A stretch of 63,385 bases of DNA, the filler included, from Octopus bimaculoides (Eukaryota), in NCBI RefSeq assembly GCF_001194135.2. It is 4 parts of 4 records of this genome, joined end to end, with 100 filler letters (N's around TTAATTAATTAA, not from the genome) between each part and the next. Parts side by side here need not be neighbours in the genome. Positions count along the whole stretch, not along the records: positions 27,908 to 59,308 come from NC_068990.1; positions 59,409 to 62,167 come from NW_026297034.1; positions 62,268 to 63,385 come from NC_068982.1; 1 more part is not named here. One strand, given 5' to 3'. Position 1 is the stretch's first letter. Each line of letters opens with the position of its first letter. Under the pieces are notes generated by a model. It was not told where the DNA came from. It was given only the letters and a program-made list of their open reading frames with translations, and searched no databases. Made by a program: the position numbers and the translations under genes. Shown piece after piece: positions 52,749-63,385 of the stretch.

Positions 52749-54421
52749 TACACACATACACATACATACCTACCTGCATACAAACATACATACAAACATA
52801 CGTAAACATCTACATGTATGTGTGTGTGCGTATTTCCATATATTCACACCTACATATCGTTTGAGAAACATTGTGCGTAAATGAATACTGATGTCAAAAG
52901 TGTTGATGTTAGGATGGAAGCGGGTAGAATAGAAGTTGTAGAACGAAAGTTTAAAACAAAAAGAGCGTGCTAAGGGAGGTAAGTAATTATGAATTATTTG
53001 TGAGTATCATAAGTGTTTTTATGTATATGTGAGTGAGTATTAATAGGTAAATAGGTAGGTAGGTAGGTAGGTAGGTAGGCAGGTAGGTAGGTAGGCAGGT
53101 AGGTAGGTAGGCAGGTAGGCAGGTAGGTGGATAGGTAGGTAGGTAGGTAGGTAAGTAGTTGAACGGGTGAATACTTGGTAGTGCTATGAGTGTGGCTTTT
53201 TTTTATAAGAATGAAAGAATAGGAAGTAAAGTCTGTGAATAGACTGTATATGCATGTGTGCTGTGTAACGGCTACGAATGTGTGTTGCTGCACGTATATG
53301 AACTGGGCGCCTGTGTGCAGGTGTTGTTTTTGCTTGTTTCTTTTTTGCAATATATGTGGGTGTGTATTGACATAGTGCCCATGGTCACACCATGGGCACT
53401 AAGTTAGTCCCTTAATACGCCAACCTGATTTGATTTTTTTGTCTTTTTGCGGTTCACATCTTTTTCTATCGTTCCCCACCCCAAAGCTATACAACTACTC
53501 ACTACCAACTATATCAAAGCCACGTCGATGAACCACCAACAGCTCAATATCCCATTGCTTTCCTTAGCTCATTCCACATTGACCTAGGATTTGCATTCAC
53601 CAGCCCAACCTTCTCTGTAAACTTCTAAGACAGCTCCATCACTGGTCATCTTATTCTCTCTTACTCTATCGTTTTTAAAACCCCGCCAAATCCACTCCAC
53701 TCACCATAAATATGCACACCCCTAACTGAAATTCTTCCACCTCATTTCTAGCTAAAACATCGAGCTATAAACACACCACGTGGTTCTCTATTTTATACAA
53801 TGTCATTTGGGTATCAGTAGTTTAGGCTTCCCACTGTTGTGTACGCAATATTGGCTGCAATTATGCACTATTTGCCTGCATTCGCTCTAACACCAAACAC
53901 TTTCCGGTGTTTCTCATGTTCCATCCTGCTGCTTTACTTATCAAACCTGTCAACCTACGAAAATTTCGCCTCCTCCAATCCGACCAAGAGTGAAATCTGT
54001 CTTGATTCTAAGAATATAAGTACCAGTAATCAATTACGTCAATTCAATTGACTGTATAACTTCGATACAAATATGTGGGCTAGAGAGGTATAACAACAAC
54101 GAGGCAGAACAAGGAAGAAGGAGCGAGAAATATGTAGCAAAAACAAAACATATATATAAAAATTAAGTAATATGGGTACATATAAATATATAATTTTAAA
54201 TTAAGTATTCATGTAAACTATTTCACTCCCCTGAATCACATTTATATATAAAAAAAAAATATTAACATTTGTGTGAAGTCAAAGTCGTGAGACAATACAA
54301 AAGAAACATTATGAGGTAAAGAAAACTAGAAAAAGAGAAAAATTGAGCAAAAAATCTTTTGAACGAAAATGAATGCAAAATATCTGTGTGGGTAACTGCG
54401 TGCATACATACATACATACAT

Positions 54422-54456
<35 letters not shown>

Positions 54457-56540
54457 NNNNNNNNNNNNNNNNNNNNNNNNNNNNNNNNNNNNNNNNNNNN
54501 NNNNNNNNNNNNNNNNNNNNNNNNNNNNNNNNNNNNNNNNNNNNNNNNNNNNNNNNNNNNNNNNNNNNNNNNNNNNNNNNNNNNNNNNNNNNNNNNNNNN
54601 NNNNNNNNNNNNNNNNNNNNNNNNNNNNNNNNNNNNNNNNNNNNNNNNNNNNNNNNNNNNNNNNNNNNNNNNNNNNNNNNNNNNNNNNNNNNNNNNNNNN
54701 NNNNNNNNNNNNNNNNNNNNNNNNNNNNNNNNNNNNNNNNNNNNNNNNNNNNNNNNNNNNNNNNNNNNNNNNNNNNNNNNNNNNNNNNNNNNNNNNNNNN
54801 NNNNNNNNNNNNNNNNNNNNNNNNNNNNNNNNNNNNNNNNNNNNNNNNNNNNNNNNNNNNNNNNNNNNNNNNNNNNNNNNNNNNNNNNNNNNNNNNNNNN
54901 NNNNNNNNNNNNNNNNTATATATATATTTGAGCACCACACACAAATCACGTAAATGCATCTGTATGTCTGTGAGTGTTTCTTACATTCTTATTCTTCAAT
55001 GAATTTTCAAAAATTATTCTAAGTTTTCTTATTTTATTTTTTTTCTCTCCCTTTATCATAACAGCCATTTTTGTTGCTTTTGTCATTGTTCACTTTGCTA
55101 TAATTTGTTGTTATTTTTATTTTTGTTGTTCATATTTTCTTTATCACAGTCATTGCAATTTTTGTTGTTGTTGTTGTTATTAATCCTACTACTTCTATTA
55201 TTGTTCATTGGATCCCAATATGGTGATGATCTCCCCCTGTTGCTCACGATTTCATTTTGCTTTAAGGCCACTATTTAAAAACGTCTGTATTTTTACACGA
55301 TAACAAAAAAATGTTACATGTTTTTTTTTCACTTCTTCCTTTCTTTCTTATTCTTCCTCCTCTTTTCTTTTTCATCTTCACACTCCCCCCATTCATTGTA
55401 TTTCATTATGCAAAATCGCACTTACACAAGACTACAGATAGAGTTATGCAGTTTCACTTTCAAACGCACGTACTCACATATATACACACGCATATATACG
55501 TATGTATCAATGATACATATGTGTGCTTATATGTGTGTGTACGAGCGTGTTTAATATATATATGTGTGTGTATAGATATATACACATATATATTGTATTA
55601 TATTACATATACACATATAAGTACATGTATATACGTGTGCGTGTATGTTCATACACATATGCATAAACATGTATATATGTATAGACAGTCATAAGCGACA
55701 TCCACATGCATTATATTTATTTGATACATAATAGTTTTTTAAAATATCTTTTTCAAACTTTCCAATACAATTCTTAGTATCGGTTTAAGGACATTTTCTT
55801 TCTTCCTTTTTTTTCTTCAAGAATCTCTACTTCAATGTTTTCTGCAATGTATTTTCATTTATGTTTCTTTTTTTATTAATGTCATTATTTTTAGCTTGTC
55901 TAAGGGTGTGTCTCTGTGTGTAGTTACTGCAGTACTTCAAAATTTGAATGAAAAAATGTCTATACTTATGCGTGAAATTCTTTTCCTTTCCTTTATTTGT
56001 TTATTTACTTATTTATTTATTTTCTTTCCATTTCTCTATTTTGCACTATGAACAATTAGATATGAAATAGTTTCTGCAAGCCACAGAAATATTAACAATG
56101 ATGAAATTAAATATAATCAGAAAGATAAATAAAAGGAAGATATTTCGGTAAAAAAAAATTATATACATATGTATTATTTTTTAAATCGTAAAAAATATCT
56201 TTTCAAAGTAATAAAAATGATAAAACTGGAAAGCAAAACATACATTTTAAAATGTCTAGGAAAGAAAAATTCGTGCACGAAAAAAAAGCAACGCAAAAAC
56301 GTTGCTTCTGTTGTAAATTCCGTCTTCAAAGAACTCCACCATAATTACCGTCTTGGAGACGGAATTTAGTTATGTGTTAATCTTTCGAGTTAGTTTTCGT
56401 AAGGTTCGTAATGAAACAAGGAGAGTACAAGAAGTATTGGTGAAGTGAATGGTTGCAGTGAAAACTTATGCACGAATAACAATATTAACAACTATTTAAA
56501 TGATTTAGGCAGCATAGAAAGTATCCACATAATAATAATG

Positions 56541-56588
<48 letters not shown>

Positions 56589-56621
56589 GATGGCAAACGA
56601 TGTTACTAATCTCACAAACCA

Positions 56622-57013
56622 ATACTCTTTTACTTGTTTCAGTCATTTGACTGCGGCCATGCTGGAGCACTACATTTAGTGGAGCAAATCAACCCCGAGA
56701 CTTATTCTTTGTAAGCCTAGTACTTATTTTATCGGTCTCTTTTGCCGAACCGCTAGGTGACGGGGACATAAACACACCACCATCGGTTGTCAAGCAATGC
56801 TAGGGGGACAAACACAGACACACACACATATTTATATATATACATATATACGACGGGCTTCTTTAAGTTTCCGTCTACCAAATCCATTCACAAGGCTTTG
56901 GTCGGCCCGAGGCTATAGTAGAAGACATTTTCCCAAGATGCCACGAAGTGGGAGTGAACTCGGAACCATGTGGTTGTTAAGCAATCTACTTACCACACAG
57001 CCACTCCTGCGCC
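56622..57013 (-). mobile_element. Full-length SINE family B with short internal (CA)/(TA) tract
   Basis: Continuous tail (TACTCTTTTACTTGTTTCAGTCATTTGACTGCGGCCATGCTGGAGC), microsatellite 56811-56850, core and tRNA head (..TTACCACACAGCCACTCCTGCGCC). Confidence 0.9.
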
Positions 57014-57667
57014 AGCAATGAAAACATATATTATCAAAATCCAATATTATATTTCCTCCATCATTATCATAATCACCATCATCAGCAGCAGCAGCACTAA
57101 TTGCAGCAACAACAGCAGCAACAATAACAACAGCAACCATAACAACAGCAGCAGAGGCTACAGTGACAAGAACATCAACAACAATAACTATTGTAGAAGC
57201 AACAGCAGCGACAACTGCTGTGAACAATATTACCATCTTCGCTTTCCTCCACCATCATTATCATGAAGATCATCGCCCTCATCATAATGTTCATCACCGC
57301 CACCACCACCATTATCACCACCACCATTATCACCACCACCATCATCATCATAGCCATCAATAACAACATCAAGAACAAGAAGAACACGATGTGTATTTTG
57401 TATTAAACATTTCTGTAGATTCTGAAGTTTTATTCCTCCGAATATTACCCCCCCCCGCCATACCCTGCCTCTCCTCCATCATTCAGATACTAAACTGCAA
57501 ATAAGAATAGCGGCAGCAGCAGCAGCAGCGGCTGCGGCTGCGGCAGCAGTTATGATGTCAGTAAGAGCAACATGTTCATTCGTAAACCACCTTAACAACA
57601 ATGATATCAACAAAAACAACAACGAGCAATAATAATAATAATAATAATAATAATGATGATGATGATG

Positions 57668-57737
<70 letters not shown>

Positions 57738-57738
57738 C

Positions 57739-57802
<64 letters not shown>

Positions 57803-58596
57803 GTGGCAACAAGCAACAATTGCATCGTCAGCAAGAATATGAAATTTGAAAGACTTCGCTATTAGGAAGATGTGAATATATTAAGAAGGAGTGAAATCAA
57901 TTTCTTTGAAACCTTCAGATGAATTACTAAAATTTCTGTTTACGTTCTTCAATTTTATTATCATCAAATTCTGAGTGTTCATGGATATAAGTTTTCATTT
58001 CTTGAGAGAGAGAGATCGTAAAATGTTGCTGCTTAGAACTTTTAAAAAGAAATAATAAAGAAATAATAAAAAAAAAATGCGAAGGAAATACATAACTTTT
58101 AAATCTATAAATTTATATAACTCAAAGCGAAAATTACGATCACTTCTTTTAACGACTTCACAATTTTTAAAAGTGTTACATCGTAACTGAATTCTTACAG
58201 TGAATAAAAAGAATATATACTCTCTCCGACCCAACTATTGCCCCCTTTTTACAACTTTAAAGATTTTACATTTCTTTATTTCTTTTAATGTTTATTTATT
58301 TATTCAATTTATTTTTGTAGTCATACATCCATTTTCTCTGCCGATATCAGTTAGATGTTGATGCATGTTGAAGCAATTAAGACGATTATTCTTAAAGCCG
58401 GATGCCTTTTCTACTGATACTCACTCAAGCATGAACTAAGCATTGAATCCATTGTCAGTCAAGCAAACTTAGGCAAGAAGTGATGTATGTCTTTTACGCA
58501 GAATCGTAACAGAACTTCTGGATTACGGCATACAACATATAAGAATATTATTTAGAGAAAGAGGGAGGTGAGAAGGAAAGAATGAAAGAGATATGT

Positions 58597-58812
58597 TCTT
58601 TTCTACTCTAGGCACAAGGCCCGAAATTTTGGTGGGAGGAGGCCAGTCGATTTTATCGACTCCAGTACGCAGCTGGTGCTTAATTTATCGGCCCCGAGAG
58701 GATGAAAGGTAAAGTAGACCTGGGCAGAATTTGAACTCAGAACATAAAGACAGACGAAATACCGCTAAGCATTTCGCCCGGCGTGCTAACGTTTTTGCCA
58801 GCTCACCGCCTT
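58597..58812 (-). mobile_element. Full-length SINE family A
   Basis: TTTTCTACTCTAGGCACAAGGCCCGAAATTTT...ATTTGAACTCAGAAC...CGTGCTAACGTTTTTGCCAGCTCACCGCC. Confidence 0.9.
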
Positions 58813-58814
58813 AT

Positions 58815-58985
58815 AAATGATTACTTCTTGAGCCATGCCAGGCTTATGAGGGCCGGTTTTCTGGTTTCAATGGCGTATATATTCCCCACCTAGACGCGAC
58901 GCCGGTCCGTCACAGGATTACTATTTTTGCCAGCTGAGTTGACTAGAGCAACGTGAAATGAAATGCTTTGCTCGAGAACACAGCG
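58815..58985 (-). mobile_element. SINE family C, 3' part
   Basis: GGGCCGGTTTTCTGGTTTCAATGGC...GCCAGCTGAGTTGACTAGAGCAACGTGAAATGAAATGCTTTGCTCGAGAACAC matches 31956-32090. Confidence 0.7.
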
Positions 58986-59502
58986 GTAGTTTTGAATTTT
59001 TAGTCTTGTATATTTAACTTTTTGATTGGCCATTCTATTGGTATTTTATTAGAATGTATATCTTTACCTTCTGCGATTTTATGTATATGTATTATTTTTT
59101 CATGTGTTTGTAGACCTTGGTGATTTTTATATATGATTAAATGTCTGAGGGGTGGAGTTGTATGTAAAGTCGTTGACCCAAATTTAATGTTTGTCCTATA
59201 ACCAATGCTTCTTTATCTTCGTCTCATTTATATTTGAGCACTTCTTTTGTATTCCTATAAACCCTTGTGTTTCTATAATAAGAGACAAATATCATTTCTT
59301 GTTGTATGNNNNNNNNNNNNNNNNNNNNNNNNNNNNNNNNNNNNNNNNNNNNTTAATTAATTAANNNNNNNNNNNNNNNNNNNNNNNNNNNNNNNNNNNN
59401 NNNNNNNNAGTCGAGGAGGTGTATTTATCGAGTCACGTGGTCTTGAAAATCCATTCTCGTATTTTTGTACACACATACACACACACGCACACTTACACAT
59501 AC

Positions 59503-59537
<35 letters not shown>

Positions 59538-59697
59538 CACACANNNNNNNNNNNNNNNNNNNNNNNNNNNNNNNNNNNNNNNNNNNNNNNNNNNNNNNNN
59601 NNNNNNNNNNNNNNNNNNNNTATATATATATATATATATATACATACATGAATACATACATACATGCGTTCATACATGAGATAGAAAAGAGAAATCA

Positions 59698-59991
59698 GTT
59701 GCGGAAATCAGCTGCCCGGCGGATGATAACATGCAGATGAATATCAGTGAAAAAGAGAACACCTATGTTGAACTATTGAGAAATCTGCAATTACTCTATC
59801 CAAGTTACAAATTCAGGTTTATATCTGCAATTATTGGGACCCTGGGATATGTAACACACTGCTTAAATAACAATCTCTAGAAATTTGGCTTCGCAAAACC
59901 AGAAAGGAGAAAGCTAATTCGGAGACAACAGATTCAATCCATCATTAGAATTATAAAGATCTGCAAAACTTTCCAGAAGTTTATCATTTAA
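59698..59991 (+). mobile_element. R4/Dong-type retrotransposon C-terminus (RLE domain), one internal stop
   Basis: VAEISCPADDNMQMNISEKENTYVELLRNLQLLYPSYKFRFISAIIGTLGYVTHCLNNNL*KFGF...QIQSIIRIIKICKTFQKFII*, matching the RLE pattern E.SCP.D.N.....EK..KY..L...IIG.LG. Confidence 0.8.
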
Positions 59992-59996
59992 ATATA

Positions 59997-61113
59997 CAGG
60001 GGTTGGACNNNNNNNNNNTGCAAAACTTTCCAGAAGTTTATCATTTAAATATACAGGGGTTGGACAAAGTAAGGAAAACACCTTAAAATTTCAAACGAAT
60101 TTATTTTGATGTGGAGTAGGACAACCTTTGACAGTAATTACAGCTTGAATTCTACGAGGTATGGACTCGTACAANNNNNNNNNNGTAATTACAGCTTGAA
60201 TTCTACGAGGTATGGACTCGTACAAAATTTGAATAGTAACCAAAGGAATATTTGTTCATTCTTCAGCTAAAAATGTCTCTAGTTGTTGTAGTGATAATGG
60301 TGGATAATATCGACTTCTTACTTGTTTTTCTAAAATGCACCATAAATGTTCAGTAATATTGAGATCNNNNNNNNNNGACTGTGGTGGCCAGATAAGATGT
60401 TCAGCTTCACTAGAATGTTCCTTGTGTCATTTGGTAACACCTTTAGCTGTGTGAATTGATGCATTATCATCCTGAAAGATTGNNNNNNNNNNACACCTTT
60501 AGCTGTGTGAATTGATGCATTATCATCCTGAAAGATTGCGTTCCCCTCTGGAATCATCTCCGAAGCTATAGGATGAATTTGATTAGATAAAATGCTTAAA
60601 TTCTCTGGAGTATTAATTCTGCCATGAAGGGAAACCGTTGGGGCGGCAGATTTCCAAGATATAGCCCCTACCAAATNNNNNNNNNNNNNNNNNNNNNNNN
60701 NNNNNNNNNNNNNNNNNNNNNNNNNNNNNNNNNNNNNNNNNNNNNNNNNNNNNNNNNNNNNNNNNNNNNNNNNNNNNNNNNNNNNNNNNNNNAATATGGT
60801 AAAGAATAATTCCTCCGAGAAAATAACATCTTCCACTGTTCTAGGGATCAATTCTGTAGGTTTTTGCTCCACACTAAACGCTTTGCAACTTTTGTTATGA
60901 AAGTAGTGGTTTCTTGATTGTAGGCCTCACGTGAAATCCGGCTTTCTGCTNNNNNNNNNNGTAGTGGTTTCTTGATTGTAGGCCTCACGTGAAATCCGGC
61001 TTTCTGCTGCCCCTTGCAAGCAGTTTTTGTGGAAACAGGTTTCTTGAGGTGGTCATTAAGCTTTGCAGTAATTTTGGGAGCTGTGCTTTTGTGATCCTTT
61101 CTAACAATTCGCG
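59997..61113 (-). mobile_element. Tc1-like (DD34E) transposon remnant, fragmented by gaps; may extend to ~61830
   Basis: TA + TIR CAGGGGTTGGACAAA at 59997. Minus-strand RIVRKDHKSTAPKITAKLN; VIFSEE; GAISW; FQDDNASIHTAK; WPPQS..DLNITEHLW; ESIPRRIQAVI..KG.PT. Confidence 0.92.
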
Positions 61114-62119
61114 NNNNNNNNNNNNNNNNNNNNNNNNNNNNNNNNNNNNNNNNNNNNNNNNNNNNNNNNNNNNNNNNNNNNNNNNNNNNNNNNNNNNNNN
61201 NNNNNNNNNNNNNNNNNNNNNNNNNNNNNNNNNNNNNNNNNNNNNNNNNNNNNNNNNNNNNNNNNNNNNNNNNNNNNNNNNNNNNNNNNNNNNNNNNNNN
61301 NNNNNNNNNNNNNNNNNNNNNNNNNNNNNNNNNNNNNNNNNNNNNNNNNNNNNNNNNNNNNNNNNNNNNNNNNNNNNNNNNNNNNNNNNNNNNNNNNNNN
61401 NNNNNNNNNNNNNNNNNNNNNNNNNNNNNNNNNNNNNNNNNNNNNNNNNNNNNNNNNNNNNNNNNNNNNNNNNNNNNNNNNNNNNNNNNNNNNNNNNNNN
61501 NNNNNNNNNNNNNNNNNNNNNNNNNNNNNNNNNNNNNNNNNNNNNNNNNNNNNNNNNNNNNNNNNNNNNNNNNNNNNNNNNNNNNNNNNNNNNNNNNNNN
61601 NNNNNNNNNNNNNNNNNNNNNNNNNNNNNNNNNNNNNNNNNNNNNNNNNNNNNNNNNNNNNNNNNNNNNNNNNNNNNNNNNNNNNNNNNNNNNNNNNNNN
61701 NNNNNNNNNNNNNNNNNNNNNNNNNNNNNNNNNNNNNNNNNNNNNTCAAATACTTTCACTTTAAAAATGGAACTATTCTACTAACTGAAACAATCGCATT
61801 TCGATACTGTAGTGACATACTTTCAGAGAGAGAGAGAGAGAGAAAGAGAGAAAGAGAGAGAGNNNNNNNNNNNNNNNNNNNNNNNNNNNNNNNNNNNNNN
61901 NNNNNNNNNNNNNNNNNNNNNNNNNNNNNNNNNNNNNNNNNNNNNNNNNNNNNNNNNNNNNNNNNNNNNNNNNNNNNNNNNNNNNNNNNNNNNNNNNNNN
62001 NNNNNNNNNNNNNNNNNNNNNNNNNNNNNNNNNNNNNNNNNNTGTATATGTACACGTTATTCCACTAACTGAAACAATCACATTTCGTTACTTTCAGAGA
62101 GAGAGAAAGAGAGAAACAG

Positions 62120-62154
<35 letters not shown>

Positions 62155-62513
62155 GAGAAAGAGAGAGNNNNNNNNNNNNNNNNNNNNNNNNNNNNNNNNN
62201 NNNNNNNNNNNTTAATTAATTAANNNNNNNNNNNNNNNNNNNNNNNNNNNNNNNNNNNNNNNNNNNNTATATATATATATATATATGCGCCTACATAGAC
62301 ACAATATTTATATACATGTGTGTGTGTATGTGTATGTGTGTGTTATATTTTTTTATGAATGTGCGTATACCATTGTGTTTATAAATACATAAGTATTTAT
62401 CTGAGGATATATTTATGCATATGTATACATACATACACACACACATATATACATATATAGTGCATACGTATAAATATATATGAATATATATGCATCCCTG
62501 AGTGTATATACAT

Positions 62514-62545
<32 letters not shown>

Positions 62546-63103
62546 GATATATATACACACACACACACACATGCATACACGCACACACATCTATACATCT
62601 ATACATATATACATATATACATATAGATAAATACACATACACATATATGCTCACACATACAAACGCACACATAGTTATGCATACATACACACACAAAAAC
62701 TTTTAAAAACATTTACATCAGTATACAAACATACCGAACGCACGCGCGCACACACACACACACACACATACACACACATACACACGCAGGCACACACGTA
62801 TATAAGCATCAACATACACTCATTGATACAGTCTACCCAATTCCAGTAATTGCCTATACAAGCTAATTACATAATATCGTTATCTAATTCCCAAAGATAG
62901 AGAGAAAGAAAGACACAATGAAAGAAACGAAGAAAGAGACCAGAGAACGAGAGAAAGAGTGAGAGAGGGGGTGGGGTGGGTATTGCAGAGAGGGAAAAAG
63001 AGATAGAGGTAGAGTATGTGCGTGTGAGAAAGAATGAGAGAGAGAGAGGAAGATGTATATAGAGAGAGAGCGGTGGGGGGTGCAAGTCGCTCCTTTGAAC
63101 ACT

Positions 63104-63165
63104 AAACATCAAAACTCGATGGTTGAATAAAAACATCAAAACTCGATGGTTGAATAAAAACATCA
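63104..63165. repeat. 27-bp tandem repeat, 2.3 copies
   Basis: AAACATCAAAACTCGATGGTTGAATAA at 63104 and 63131, partial copy at 63158. Confidence 0.95.
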
Positions 63166-63210
63166 GAGAGAGAGGGTTTTGTCACTATCATTGTTATTGT
63201 TGTTATTACT

Positions 63211-63263
<53 letters not shown>

Positions 63264-63385
63264 TGCTGTTGTTGTTGTTGTTGTTGTTGGTAGTGCTGGT
63301 GCTGGTGTTTCGTACTTATTGTTTTTTGTAGCTCGTGGTGTGCGTGTATGTGTTTGCTTGTGTGTGTATGTTGTGTGTGTGCGTG

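Noticed and set aside
57163-57363. His-rich ORF
   Set aside because: Degenerate (CAT/CAC)n tract continuous with other trinucleotide repeats.
59960-61009. Four 40-50-bp direct repeats inside the Tc1/R4 region
   Set aside because: Each straddles a 10-N gap with identical sequence; unmerged contig overlaps.

Overview
AT-rich eukaryotic genomic DNA from a gappy draft assembly, with many N runs, three artificial 100-bp gap spacers and several duplications flanking gaps. It is saturated with microsatellites, and the repeat landscape suggests an octopus genome (inference from recalled repeat families, not a database hit). I can find no confidently identifiable host protein-coding exon. Almost every ORF in the track is a translated microsatellite or N run. 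What can be identified is decayed mobile DNA: four tRNA-derived SINE families (about 20 copies), two Penelope-like (PLE) fragments, two R4/Dong-type RLE fragments, an RTE-like 3' end, a Tc1 and a maT/mariner transposase remnant, and small TIR elements. The most interesting signal is a set of sequence-unrelated hammerhead-ribozyme-like motifs of the minimal PLE type. Two have both catalytic boxes (1557-1615 +, 33709-33754 -) and four are partial or decayed. Two of the six sit inside long inverted repeats (1461-1646, 46255-46370). Also notable are an inverted SINE nested inside a SINE of the same family, a head-to-head SINE pair, a tRNA-like pseudogene with its terminator, and weak microexon candidates. 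Repeat boundaries are approximate (about 10 bp) unless motif positions are given.
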